From Cladosporium halotolerans (lineage: Eukaryota), in NCBI RefSeq assembly GCF_011745625.1, contig NW_027191461.1:310001-374000 (forward strand): a stretch of 64,000 nt of DNA. The letters are read 5' to 3'. This document shows positions 9,552 to 22,070 of this stretch, in pieces. The position numbers and the translations under genes were made by a program. Each line of letters begins with the position of its first letter. The first letter of the stretch is position 1. A model generated the notes under the pieces. That model searched no databases and was not told the DNA's origin. It saw only the letters and a program-made list of their open reading frames with translations.

Positions 9552-11280
9552 GGTGATCTCGCGCTGTGTTGTCGTGTCGCTGGGAAAGGAAGACGCAGGA
9601 AGCGGAGAGAATTTTGTCGGCGGGCAGGTCGTGAGCAGGCAGGCACAACAAGCGGGAACGCGGGATCTTAGCCCAATTGGGTTGGTGCTTGAGCAAGTTG
9701 TTGTCACGAGGGCGCATTCATGCGCGTCCCCTGCTTTCGAAGTCGAACTCGACGGCGTGCATCAACGACAGCGTGAAGCAGCGCAAACAATGGCACGAGC
9801 AACGCGATACAATGCTAATTCAAAATATAGCATTTACAGAACGCGAAATAATCGATGGAGGAGTGCTGGAGGCGCGTCGACGTCGATGGGGTCGCTTTAC
9901 CAGCGGGAGTCGTAACTTTGCGATACCAGCGCCAAGCGCGCTAGCGTCACTAGCGTCGCCGCGCAGCGTTTACAATTTTGGGGAAACAGAGAAGCCGATA
10001 CACGCCCAAGAAGAAGGCAACAATAATCACGGCAACGAATAATTAATTGTTCACAAAAAGATACACAGATGATAGCGCAATTATACCAAGCCACTACCGG
10101 CTTTTTTGGAGTCAACCGAGCCCTTTTCAATGTGATCTCGTGTTTTTACAACACGAGCATATCGTCGCCTCCCAAAATATCTCCGTCCCTCTCCACCTCC
10201 CCACATCGACCACATGGTACAGGGACATACAGCTTATGAGCTTAAGTGGACGTCGCCTGCCTGTTCCTGACAGGGCTGATCGACCAAACCACACGTGACC
10301 CCGCTTCGACAGCCCGGTCTAACTGGAATTCGTGCCCGTGCAAGTACCTGTGAGAAATAGATGCTACAGTACGTTTGCGCATTTGCTGTTATTTGCACTG
10401 GCCAACGAGACCCAATGGAGGATGATGCGCAACGCGAAAGTATTGTAGCCATGATGCGTACAATTTATTTGAAAGAGTCTTGATTTCTTCACCGCATCTC
10501 GACGGCCACGGTCGAGAGGAAGACCACGAACATTACGGTAGTAGCTTCAAAGTTGGTTGCGATTAATATACGGATGCGGGCGTGGTGATGTTCGAAGACT
10601 CTCTCGGGCCGTGAAGCATCGAGCTCAGGACGATGCCGAAAGGTGCGGCGCGCACGTCGCGGGATCTGCGTGCTGTGTTGATCACGTGATGTCTCAAAAG
10701 TCGCGATAACCGGCCGAAGGTTGCTGCCCTTTGCGGTCCACCTTCAGCATGAGTGCTTCTCTGCGCTGTGCAAAATGTATAGGTGCATATAGAAGCATTC
10801 GAAACTCTCAAAAGCTAGGGTGCCATCCCATAGCTCATGAATGGAATGACGTTGGACGCATGGTGCTGAGATTGAAGGAAGCTTGGCCATGGTACACTTT
10901 TGTTACAGCTCTATCAAAGTCAAAGCATTCCTTCCTGAACGAGTCGACAGAACACCTTTTACGCTATGCCTCTTGCCGAACGAAAACCAAACGTAAACAA
11001 GCCCGAGCTATGGTCCAAGAAGCCACCCTGTAGGCTTGCTTATTCGTTCCAGAGCAACACTTGCTCGTTCCAAGCCAACCTCCGTTCTGTACTCCGTGCT
11101 TCGCTTGAACGATGTAGGCTGATGCGCGTGCTATGCTGCGTGACGATGTACCTGTTCTTGCTTTGATCGCTGCCATTCCCACCCGCTGTCGCTTTCCCAA
11201 CCTAACATCGCGAAGCACGGAACAAGGAACGGAAAGAGAAAATTACATACCCGTTTGTCATGTGATCATTGCGTAGGAAC

Positions 11281-13528
11281 TCAACCCTGCGAGTTGGTCG
11301 GAGTCTGGCTCTTCAGCCCAGGGACCCAGCTCTTGACGCCGTCCTTGGGGATCTTTGGCCGGCCAAATCCGAGGTCCAGGTCCAGAATGATCTTGAGCGC
11401 GTTCCTGCTCCTGAGGTACGGAAGCGGAGCCTTCGCCTCCTGCAGGCCGGTGATGGGCTCGACAGTGCCGCGCGGTCCAAGCTCCTTCTCTGCGGACTGC
11501 TCGCCAGGCAGGGGCAGAAGGCCTTGCAGGACTTCGTAACCGGCAAGAGTGAAACCGAATTGAGGCGAAGAACGAAGAATCCGAGCCGGACCGCCCTTGA
11601 AGAATGCCTTGAAACCCTCCTCTTTGAAAACAGTCTTCGCGCAGTGGCGCAGGGAAGTGTATTGCGTGTCGCCCTTCCGGCTTTCGACTTGCAGGCGAGT
11701 CTTGATAACATCAAAAGGAGTGGTCATGTACGCGGCAGGCATACCGGCGATAGCACCAGCTGTGAGAAGTTGAAGGATGCCAAGCTTCTTCGAAGGCGAC
11801 TCGCCGAAGAAGTCCTTCTTCAAGTGGCTGTAGAACGGGAAGTAGATAGCCGAGAAGGGCATGTCGCGCAGCAAACAGGCAGATGCGCCCTTGTACAGAC
11901 CAACGACACCAAGGTTCTTCACAATCCAAAGGGCAGATCGCTTGGTGACCTGCTCACCCTCGCGGGCAGCAGCCTTGATGGCCTCGCCCTGAACTTGCAG
12001 GCGAATCTTCACAATCTCGAGAGGGTTCGTGAAGACAACCTGACAACCACCAGCTGAACCACCAGCCAGGATCTCAGCCCAGAGTGGGATGTTGCCAGAC
12101 TGCTTGTCGGTGAAGGTGCCGCGGACAAGGTCGTTGACGGTGAGCTTGATGGCCTTCTCCGGCGCGACACCAACAAGCTGAGGGAGAACACCGGAGTACA
12201 GGCCGCGGAAGCCCTCGTTGCGAATGACTTTCTGGAAACAGTCGATGCTGTTCTTGTAGAGTTGCTGACCAACGACAGAGCCGCGCTGGTTCTGCATGCG
12301 GGTCTTCACCAGGTCAATGGGATACACCATGAAGGCACCAAAGGCACCAGCAATAGATCCAAGCGCGAAGTGGTGGGCCGAGACAAGGATGGACTGAAGG
12401 ACTGAGCCGGACGCAGCGACGGCCTTCTGAGACACATCCGAGATAACCTGATCCGGACGGCTGCTCAGGCCAGCAGCAACGGCGTGCCAGCTCGCGTCGA
12501 GTACGCGAGCAAAGTCGGTGATGCTGAGGCGGCCAGAAGGCTGATCAAGCGAAGCGAAGTGGAAAAGAATATCGACCTCCATTGGGGTGAAGAGGGTGAA
12601 GCGCGTAATACGGGCCGCCTCGTTCAAGAAGTCTGTACGGGTGATCCTGCCGTCGGAAGACTTGGCGATGGCATTCTTAATCACCAACTCAACAAGATCC
12701 ATCTCCTTGATGACATTTTGGAAGGCGCGAACGTTGGCATAGCTGATCTTGCTACCAGGGCTGATGTTGCAAAGTGTTGGCAGGTTAGCCAGGAGGTGAT
12801 CGGAAAGCTTGTGGGATGCGGTCTGCTTGATGATCCGGCTGAACTCTTCCGGCTCGATGTATCCGTCGCCGTCCTTGTCGAAGTAAAGGAAAGCTTGACG
12901 CACGCGCTCACCCTGCAAGGCACGTAGCATCTGTGCAAATTGCGGGTAGGTCATGGAATGCCTGTTTTTCCTGCCACCAAGATACAGCGACGCCCAATCG
13001 CTGTCCCAATTGAACGGGATTGCATCATGCTGGCGGTGACGAGCATACTGCTCTTTGAAGCTGTTGAAGTCGACCAGACCAGTCTCGGGGTCGCTGAAGA
13101 GGCGGAACGCAACATAGTATTCGGAGTCGGCTTTTGCAAGAAGGTTGTTGAAGACGGACCAGTCGTGGATGTCAATACGGTCCTTCTTGCGACGATCTGC
13201 AATGCTGAAAAGGATCGCGTATTGTTCGCGTTTGATTTTGTGCTTCGATGAGGTCAGCCTTTAATAATGGCGGAGCAAGCCGGCGACAGGCGCGCAGCAG
13301 GCCCAACTGTAAGGTAACCCATTGGTCCCAATGGCAAGGTGTACTCACATAATCTTCGCCCTCTGGCGCAATGGCGTCGACGAACTCGACTTCAGTCATG
13401 TAGTGCTCGCCAGACTCTTCATCTTTTTTTGCGTGCTGCAGAAAGTTGTTCCTGGTTTGCGCCGACAGTTGCGGCTCAAGCTCTGTGCCCAGGACCTTCT
13501 CTTTCAACGTCTCGGTGACGGTCGCCAT
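11281..13528 (-). CDS. AGC1: Calcium-binding mitochondrial aspartate/glutamate carrier (aralar/citrin type); exons 13528-13349 and 13242-11281
   Basis: EF-hand region (FDKDGDGYI) followed by three carrier repeats: YPIDLVKTRMQNQR, NPLEIVKIRLQ, TPFDVIKTRLQ; also GVAPEKAIKLTVND and RSSPQFGFTL. Confidence 0.95.
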
Positions 13529-14187
13529 GACTGCGAGTCGACTGCACTGCAGTTTTGCGGCTCGATCGGATTTGGTGGGTTATCGCAAGGAGGGTTGGGT
13601 GATGTACGATGGGGTTGAATAAGGAGGCAGGGTATGGGATGTAGCCTTTCGTCGCGCGCCGCCGACTTCGCTTGCCGTCACTCGAAGGAGATGCTGTGTG
13701 ATGGAGTGCGGTGGAGGCTTGCGGTTGCGCACAGATTGGCCGCTACGGAGAAGAACGAGCCGCTAGACGCCACGGCTCCACTGTGTTCGGAGAGCTGTGG
13801 AGAAGACACCAGGCAAAGGCGGAGTGAACAGAACGAACGTGAGAGAGAAGAACGCAAGTTGGCTCCGTTGAGTTTTACAAAGGAGGAACGCTGAATGCTG
13901 TGGCGCGTCCAGCCAAAACGTGTTCCTGCCCCTGTCAAAAAGATTTCAAGCCTCTCTCCCACGCCGCCGGTCATCGGGCATGGATTTCCACGCGCCTTGC
14001 GCCCACGCTGCCGGCTAAATCCCGACGAGGCTAGCACCGGGTTTTGCGTGACTCGGTGCCTGAGGCTTCACACCGTAGGGCTGACTTCTGGCTTGTGTGA
14101 GATGCGAGAAAGTTGATCGCATCGCAGAGCAGATTACACCTTTGCATACCAGCTACCCTGCCTGCAAGTGTATAGAGATCTGCCACC

Positions 14188-14878
14188 ATGTCTTTCGTGC
14201 GGCCTATGACGCCGATGGACTTGCTGAAGTTTAACCCCTGCAACCTCGATCACCTTACTGAAACCTACAACATCGGTTTCTATCTCGAATACTTTACCAA
14301 ATGGCCGTCATTATGCAAAGTCGTGGAAAGCGAAGACGGCAAGATTGAAGCATACAGTAGGTTACGTGTTGATAGTGCATCTGTTTTGAGCTTGCGCTGA
14401 CCTTTTTAGTCCTCGGCAAACTCGAAGCATCACCGTACCCGGCACCTGTGGAGCCTTACGATCCCAGTCTTACAATTTATCGGAAGAAATTCTCAAACTA
14501 CTTGCCATGGCACGCCCACATTACCTGCCTCACTGTTGCTCCTGGCGCACGTCGCCTGGGACTTGCCACTAAGCTTTCTGAAGCTTTGGAGGTGGCCGGC
14601 GATGAGGCTAACGGCTGGTTCGTCGACTTGTTCGTGAGGGTGGAGAATGAGGCGGCTATCAAGCTTTACCAGAAGATGGGGTGAGCATCACTTACCATAG
14701 ATCTTGTTATTACCCTGCTGACTTCGAAAGCTACTCTGTCTATCGGAGAATAATAGACTATTACGCCGACGGCGCAGATGCTTTTGACATGAGGAAACCC
14801 CTGAGTCGAGACAAGCAGCGCAAGACGGTCCGCCCGAACGGCGAAAACATCAAAGTCGATCCTGCAGAAGTATGGTAG
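14188..14878 (+). CDS. NAT3: NatB N-terminal acetyltransferase catalytic subunit (NAA20); exons 14188-14356, 14410-14680, 14731-14878
   Basis: NLDHLTETY..FYLEYFTKWP, PWHAHITCLTVAP.ARRLG.A, FVDLFVRV.N..AI.LY..MGYSVYRR, DAFDMRKPLSRD. Introns join in frame. Confidence 0.95.
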
Positions 14879-15209
14879 ACTTCTTTGTTCCGATGTTGAG
14901 AAGGGGTCGGACACCCATGATTTGGTTCTTCAGTCCAGTAATGCGACCCTGGATATGGGCTAGGCGTCTTGAGAGATCGCAACCACAACCACATTGTCGT
15001 GGTAATGAAATACTCTCAACTTTGCAGGGATCCATCAGCATGGAAGGACGAGCGGCTCGTTACGGCTGATAGACATCCGCTCCTCCCCTCTACGACAGTG
15101 ATGATGCTATGAAACACTCGCATGCCTATCTCAAAGCAGATGATTGACGCAATTCAACGAAGACCTATCACCGCGGGCTTGAGCCATGAATTTCGTGGCC
15201 TAGACCATC

Positions 15210-16991
15210 TCATTTATGCAGATAGAACGCTAAATCGGCATCCGGGTCGTACTCCCTTCTCGTCCTTCCGTTTCCCATGAACCTGAACCGGTTCCGCGTC
15301 CGATACACAATGTCGAAATCCTCTGGCCGGATCTCATCGATCATCTCCTTGTACCCAATCACGCTTCCGGCCCATACTGCTGTCACCTTACCGTCGACAC
15401 GGTTGTTCTTGTACCAACTCTGGCATCCGCCACTCCAGACCAGAGTTTGCATGATCTCGTCCGCATATGCATTGAACTCGTCCACCGCCTCCTGCTTTGG
15501 CAAGACGTACTTGATGTCCTCGGCGGCAATCTTGCGCAGCCATTGGCACATCCAGTCGGCACTCCAGCCAAGACCTGCCATCAAGCTGCCATGGCCTACG
15601 GGCGCGTTAGGTCCAGAGAACATGAAGAAGTTTGGAAATTGCGCAGCGGCGAGGGAAAAGTAAGACATCGGCTCGTCTTTCCATGCTTCCGAAAGCGAGA
15701 GTCCGTTCAGCCCAACAAGCGGCCAGGGAGGTCGGTGAGAAACATCAAAGCCGGTCGCGCATACAATGGCATCGAATTCATGAACAGTGCCGTCTTCCGT
15801 GCGGATTCCGCTTGGCTCGAAGCGCTCTATTGGCAATGTGACCAGGCTTACGTTGTCGCGCGTGAAGGATTCAAGATATCCAGGACCCGGTGTCGCTCTC
15901 CGGCAGCCAACCTCCCATTCAGGGGTGAGTTTATGCGCAAGATCATCGTCATTGTTCAGTCTCGCCTTCATCATGTCCGCGGTCTGCTGCCGGCCGACCT
16001 TTTGCGCCTTAGATTCTTTTACAAACATGTCGAATGATCGATTGCTGCCAGCCTGGATCTTCTTGCGGTACTCGTGCAGTGCCTTCGGATCCTCTCTGAA
16101 CCGCCGCTTCTCCTCTTCACTGTACACGTGCTGTGTCTTGCCACCAATTATCGCTGAACCGAGACCCGGAGTAATATACGTGGGTCTCCGCACGAAGTTC
16201 GTCAGATGCGCCACATCTTCGACAAGCTGCGGCACAATCTGTATGGCAGAGCTGCCATTTCCGATCATAGCGACTTTCTTCCCGCGGAAGTCATACTGGC
16301 TGTCCCAGGCTGCGCTGTGGCACAAGTGACCTTCGAAATCATGAAGTCCAGGGATGCTCGGCCAACGCCAGTGAGAAAGGAAGCCAGTGGCCGATATAAG
16401 GACATCACACTCGTCTTTGATGACACTATCCCCATTGCGGACATCCAGCTCCCACTTGCCCTTCTCTTCGTTGAAATCCGCACGCTCAACCTTGTGCGAG
16501 CACTTCACATCTCGCCCCAGATCGTACTTCTTAACGGTCCGCTTGAAGTACTCGAGGATCTCGCCTCCACTTGCATAGTACGCACTCCAATCCGGATTCG
16601 GCTCGAACGGGAAAGTGTAGATGTGAGCCGGCACGTCGCAAGCCACGCCCGGATACGTATTAACGTACCACGTGCCGCCGACCTCGTCGTTGGCTTCGTA
16701 GATAGTGTGCTCCAGGATGTCTCCGAGCTTGTGCTCATGCTGGAACTTGTATGCAAGACCCATAGCGCTGATGCCTGCGCCTATGGTCACGACACGCAGC
16801 TTCCGCGTAGGCGTTCGCATTGGTTTGCGGTACAGGGGAATCCATTCTTTCGGTAAAGGCTGACCGTACCGTTCTGGCGGATCAGGCTTTGGGCCGTTCG
16901 CAGTATCTGGGTCATCGCATTGAGAGACAGTTGGATCGTTGGCGAAGAGGTCCTCCATGGAGGGTTCATCGGACATGTAGGCGCCTGCCAT
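15210..16991 (-). CDS. Flavin-containing Baeyer-Villiger-type monooxygenase, intronless (first ATG at 16991)
   Basis: GAGISA Rossmann motif, GGTWYVNTYPGVACDVPAHIY, BVMO fingerprint FEGHLCHSAAW, IGNGSSAIQ, ATGF. Confidence 0.93.
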   Translation of the reverse strand: MAGAYMSDEPSMEDLFANDPTVSQCDDPDTANGPKPDPPERYGQPLPKEWIPLYRKPMRTPTRKLRVVTIGAGISAMGLAYKFQHEHKLGDILEHTIYEANDEVGGTWYVNTYPGVACDVPAHIYTFPFEPNPDWSAYYASGGEILEYFKRTVKKYDLGRDVKCSHKVERADFNEEKGKWELDVRNGDSVIKDECDVLISATGFLSHWRWPSIPGLHDFEGHLCHSAAWDSQYDFRGKKVAMIGNGSSAIQIVPQLVEDVAHLTNFVRRPTYITPGLGSAIIGGKTQHVYSEEEKRRFREDPKALHEYRKKIQAGSNRSFDMFVKESKAQKVGRQQTADMMKARLNNDDDLAHKLTPEWEVGCRRATPGPGYLESFTRDNVSLVTLPIERFEPSGIRTEDGTVHEFDAIVCATGFDVSHRPPWPLVGLNGLSLSEAWKDEPMSYFSLAAAQFPNFFMFSGPNAPVGHGSLMAGLGWSADWMCQWLRKIAAEDIKYVLPKQEAVDEFNAYADEIMQTLVWSGGCQSWYKNNRVDGKVTAVWAGSVIGYKEMIDEIRPEDFDIVYRTRNRFRFMGNGRTRREYDPDADLAFYLHK

Positions 16992-17376
16992 GGTTCTTCT
17001 TCTTACAAGCTTTGGGTAAAGCAACTTGATCGTGCATACTGTAAATGGAAAGAGAACACATTGATATACAAGTCTACCTTACCTTGTCCACTATCTACAT
17101 CATAGATGCTGTTTCTGCTTCTGGGCTGTCGCTTCAAGCTGTGCCGTACCCGAGGAAAAGGTGAGGGGAAACGCCTTCATGATCTGCATGGAGCGATGGG
17201 TCTTTCTAGGTCCTCACGCGCAAAAGCACGCGTGGCCCGTTCACGCGACGAGAAGCAAAAGCACACTTCAGGCTCGCAAGATTGTATAGCAAAAACCAAA
17301 AATATGAGGCAGAACGATGCTGGTGAGCCAGCACCGGAAGACTTTAAGATCTGTAAGAGATGTTCATTTCTGAAAT

Positions 17377-17468
17377 CTCCCCAACAGGGAATCGAACCCT
17401 GGTCTCCCGCGGCTTATCATCGGGTAATTAATGACAAGCGGAAATCATAGCCACTAGACCATTGAGGA
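17377..17468 (-). tRNA. tRNA-Asp(GTC) with a ~20-nt intron
   Basis: Minus strand reads TCCTCAA-TGGTCTAGTGGCTATGATT-TCCGCTTGTCA-[intron]-CGCGGGAGAC-CAGGGTTCGATTCCCTG-TTGGGGAG, with A box, B box and cloverleaf pairing. Confidence 0.93.
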
Positions 17469-18190
17469 TTTGGTGTGTTGTACACACCAATGGATGAGGT
17501 GGGGAGTTAGCTGTACGTTTATATAGCAAAACACTGGTGTCTTTGAGGGTACTTGGGGTTAGGGTTGGGGTTGGATGCATCCACTTTTCGGACACCTCTG
17601 CGACCAAATGCTCGGTTGGCAAGGTACATTTGTGCTCAAGGCTTTGAACATGCATAACAGAATATACTCAGGTGCTACAAGCATCCATATTGCACCTGTC
17701 GCTATGGAGTGAAATCGCTAGATCCAGCGCAAGCAACACACAAATGATGTTTGGAAGAGCATGTGTCCATGCGAGCAAGGTATGCGCGCACACCCAGACC
17801 TGCGCATTTTCTGGAGATCAATATTCACAGGGCTCGACGGATGAAACAGATGCCAAGCAGAAAGGCCACACCACTTGGCATATTAATGCAGGCTACTCTA
17901 CAGCATGGGTGACGAGCATGCATCGCGCAAGACGATTTCTCCGGAGCCCTAAGCCCTGCGTTTCAAATCAAGAGAAGCTCGGAGCAATAACCAGGGGTCA
18001 AGCGATGGATGTTATTATTGAGACAATGTCCTAGTGAAAGGCTCGCAGTGGATGAACATCGATCGTCGTCGAAAGTCGACGCTCAACGGACATTCGACGG
18101 ACATTCGACCAACGTATGACTCCAGCATGGAAGTGAAATGAATTGCAAGAGATATAGATTCGCGAAACACTCGGTAGCAAAACTCGCCAC

Positions 18191-19922
18191 CTATCTAGGC
18201 ACAACGGCACCCTGTCCCTCCGCAGCAGGCACGCCCGCTCCCCGGCTGCTCTTGCGCCACTGGAGAATAGCAATGGGAATGATGCTGACGACGAAGATCA
18301 GTCCCGCCATCAGGCCTCCGCTGCCAGAGCTGCCCAGCGTAGCTTCCATGTCGGGGAACCAGAACGGCCCGATGAAGCCCCAGGTGGAGCGGACGACGTT
18401 GATGAAGACGCCGATGCTGGAGCTGTGCTCGACGTAGCTGTCGATGGCGTAGGTGACGAGGACGGTGGTGACGATTTGGTTGCCGACGGCGGAGATGGCG
18501 ATGCCGATCTGAAGAATGTGTTAGTCTACGGAGTGATAAGCCGATGAAATTTTGGGAGTGACTTACGACCGGAGTGATATTCCACACGCCTTGCTTGGCC
18601 TGCTGGAGGCGCACGCTGAAGACGATCAGGCCGACCATGGCCAGCACGAAGCCGATGTAGCTGAGCCACAGTCTGTATTCGGGCGCTGGGCGGCGGCCGA
18701 GTTTCTGCGTGCGCTTGTTCATCCAGAGATCGCTGATTCTTCCGCCGACTTGTTCGCCGATGACAAGACCGATCAAGATGCCAAGGAACTGGAGGCCCAA
18801 CTCCTGCGGGTTGAGCTCGAATTTGGGAAGGAAAAGCTGCGGAATCTCGACAGTGAGGAGCACGCTGCAGAAGCCGAAGACGATGGAGTAGGCGATGGTG
18901 GGAACCCAGATGGAGGAGTAACGGAAGAGGAAGAGAGGTTGGATGAACTCGAATGGCTTGAAGGGGGTCGGGTCGATGCGCTTGAAGTTGAGGTACTCCT
19001 GCTTGAAAGCAGAGACGTTGTGGCGGACCGCATTGCGCATGTAAAGGGTCTCGGGACCAAGGAAGAGGTAGGTGATGAACTGAACACCGTTGACCTGTCA
19101 TGTTGTTAGCCTTGCCCTTAGTATGACTAACAAGACTAGACTCACAATCGCAAGAATCCAGTAGATCCACCTATAATCACCAGTGTGGTAGACCACAAAG
19201 CCCATGAAGAAAGGACCGCCAGGAGGCCCGAAGGTAACAAGCAACGTCCACATGCCGACGTAAGTAGCGCGCTCTTTCTTGAAGAAGGTTTCAGTGACGA
19301 CGCCAGAGCCGGTTCCTCCAGGCGGGCTAATGAAAAAGGCACAGAATGCCCTGCAGATTGCCATAGTGGCATAGTCGTTGCTATTAGCACATCCGATGTT
19401 GAACGCAAGAGCGCCCAGGGTGCTGATGAGCCACACGGGTCTCCGGCCGTAACGGTTGGCGATTGGTTTCCAGAAGAGCGGAGCCCAGCCAAGGATGGCA
19501 ATTTGGAGAGAGGTAAGATAAGAGGTCCTGTGAATGGATACGCCGAGGTCTTCAGAGATGCTCTCGTAGGCAGGAATGATGGCGGATGCAATAAAGGTGG
19601 TCATCATGGCCTACTGGGGTTAGTGATAGGATCAAACAACATCGGAATCCTGGCTACTAACATGGAAGGCGACGCAGGCCAGGTTTGTGACCTTCTTCCA
19701 TTGTGGCCAGTTATAAGGATCGGCCGGGTCAGCCGAAGGTATAGGATCCAGGTCGAGAGTGCCATGGCGTTGCATCAGGTAATCGCGGTGCTCCTGGGTG
19801 AGGTTTGCCACATCCTGATTGATGAACACGGGCGCGGTGCCATTTTCGACATTGTCGCGCTCTTTTTCACTCCCAGAGTTTTGAGACGCTACTTCGTAGC
19901 CCTTCTCATCGTTGGTGGCCAT
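18191..19922 (-). CDS. Major facilitator superfamily transporter (DHA1-like); exons 19922-19662, 19610-19146, 19094-18567, 18508-18191
   Basis: RHGTLDLDPIPSADPADPYNWPQWKK, PLFWKPIANRYGRRPV, FF.KERA...G.WTL, WIYWIL, LGPETLY, PEYRLWLSY; multiple hydrophobic helices; three GT-AG introns. Confidence 0.92.
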
Positions 19923-22070
19923 CGGGAAAAGCACTCTTTGCGAATGTGCCAGCCGAGTATGTGTCTCCCTGTGGCCTTCTGACTGAAAGGTCCGAAGAAC
20001 TAATGAAAGAATGAACGGAGATAGAAACAACGAAACAGTGAGAGATGGTATGATAGAGAAAAACGAAACGGCGAAGAGGGCTCTTACATGGAGATGCAAA
20101 CCCTCGGACTCAGGTGTGCCTCTCCTAAGACCAGCAGATAGCGGTTAGGTTGGCGCTACGCACCGTGAATGTTTCCCGAGATAGATGTGTCGTATCCACC
20201 GCGCAGGCTCAAGTCTCAACCGCTCCGCACGGGACCCACATCATCTCGCCTGTGCCCCGCGATACCGCGTGCGCGCAGTTGGGGGACAGCAGTGCCGTCT
20301 TCGACAGCCGTGTCTTTGGCGTCGCAAACCCCAAGAAATCGCCCCAGTAGTGGCCGCATCACTCCGCAAAAGTGATATAATGGTGCGGGATCGTCTGGGG
20401 ATACCGTACGTGTGCGTATGTCACCCTCTGCGGTGCCGACGACATCCTCGGCCACCTCTCGACACGAGTGGGAGCGGCAGTCAACGTAAAACTCGGTCTC
20501 GGGGCGCAGGTCGTATCCCTTGGCGCTCGGCCGAGCATGGCAAGCTCGCCGGGCAAGGGGCCATGGCGCACTCAAGCCCGCCCAAGCAATGCCACGCGAC
20601 CTGGGCTGCACTCAAAATCCACGATCGGCGGCTTCGTCGGTCGTGGTGCCCGTCACTAGGATGTAATGTTTTCATGGCAGACACTGACCTGACATCACTC
20701 GAGCGCAGAAAAGATCTCTCACAGTACTCGAGAGACACACCTCCCGCACTGCTTCACATCGTCGCTAGCATCTCCTAGCCACTGGTCCGACCGCCGCGCT
20801 ATCGACCCAGAATAAAACTGCCGGGCCGACTGGTTCAGGCGGCACACCCAGTGTTCCTTCCAGTAATAAGCGAATTGTATTTCTTCAGCCCTCGCTTGCC
20901 CGTGCTTGGCGTGTTTCCCTTCAGGGCTGAAAGGCAAGACATCCGGAGGCCTTTAAATCCGCTTCCGTGGCCGTTGAAGGCCGCCCGCTGTTGACGGTTC
21001 TGCGGCCGGTCAACGGCTCTGCCGTCTGTGGAAGCGTGTTGTGTGGATGTCAATACTGGACCCGTCGCCATGGAGAACTCCGGCGGCTGAATGTCCTATG
21101 ATGCTATCAATGATTGACAACACGGCGCGTGATTGTGGGAATGCCACAGGGGCCGACAAAGGGAGACCCTCCCTAAATGCTGCCACGTGCCGGCTTGCTG
21201 ACATATACACGCGAGTTTGGACGAGCTTACGTCGCAGCGGAATATCTCTTGTATTGCTGTAGACGGTGTCATACGAGAAGCTATGTAAGATGGTACTTGG
21301 CCCGGAGGAAAGTATTCGTTCACTGCGATTTTCAGAAAACATTAGTGGAGAAAGGGACAATCGAGCAAAAGCTGAAACATGGAGTTCTTTAGAGGTTTGG
21401 GGATGGAGAGATCGACACCTCAAACGCGTGTAAGGCTCACGTGCCTAACAGAGACCGTCCGCATTAGACCATCCTCTACTTGGACCCTTTTGAAATTACC
21501 CAGCATTAGATACTCTCCGCTAAACTCTTGATCCAGTGTGGATTTTGTGCAACAGCCAAACGCATGCTCGTAGGTGGCTGGAAACGATGGTGATTCGGGG
21601 TCGAAGGAGTGCAACTTCCAACCGCTTTGTCAGCTGTGTTGTTCTCCTGTCATCTGCGAGTCAGTTTATGTACACTTGAAAACACCAGGTTGAGAAAGGC
21701 GTGAGATTACAAAACCAGCCATGAGAAGACAACTTTTGTTATTCTGCTCAAACTAGAATAAAAGCACCAAAAGCCATGTCTGGGTATACCATAAGCCATC
21801 TTTGTTCGCCTTCAACTATGCCATACGAGGCCAGAGGCGTTTCGCCGTGTCGTTAAGTACATATGCGTCTGAGCCGGCCGAGACTCTTTTTTCCCCCGGA
21901 GGACCACTTATTCACTCCCTGTCCGTAGCCGGCCCACGCTTCAAAAGTGAATCGCTCGCCGTGCGCCGTAGTTCGCCATATGCAGTATGCAGTCCGCACT
22001 GAGCGATGCTGAGGAAAATCTCATAGCAAGCTTTTCGTCCGTCGTCATTAAATCAGGGCAAGTAGCGCGC

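Noticed and set aside
21010..21640. Minus-strand ORF fragments with intron-like signals between MFS and eIF4E
   Set aside because: No splice model gave a recognisable or sustained reading frame.
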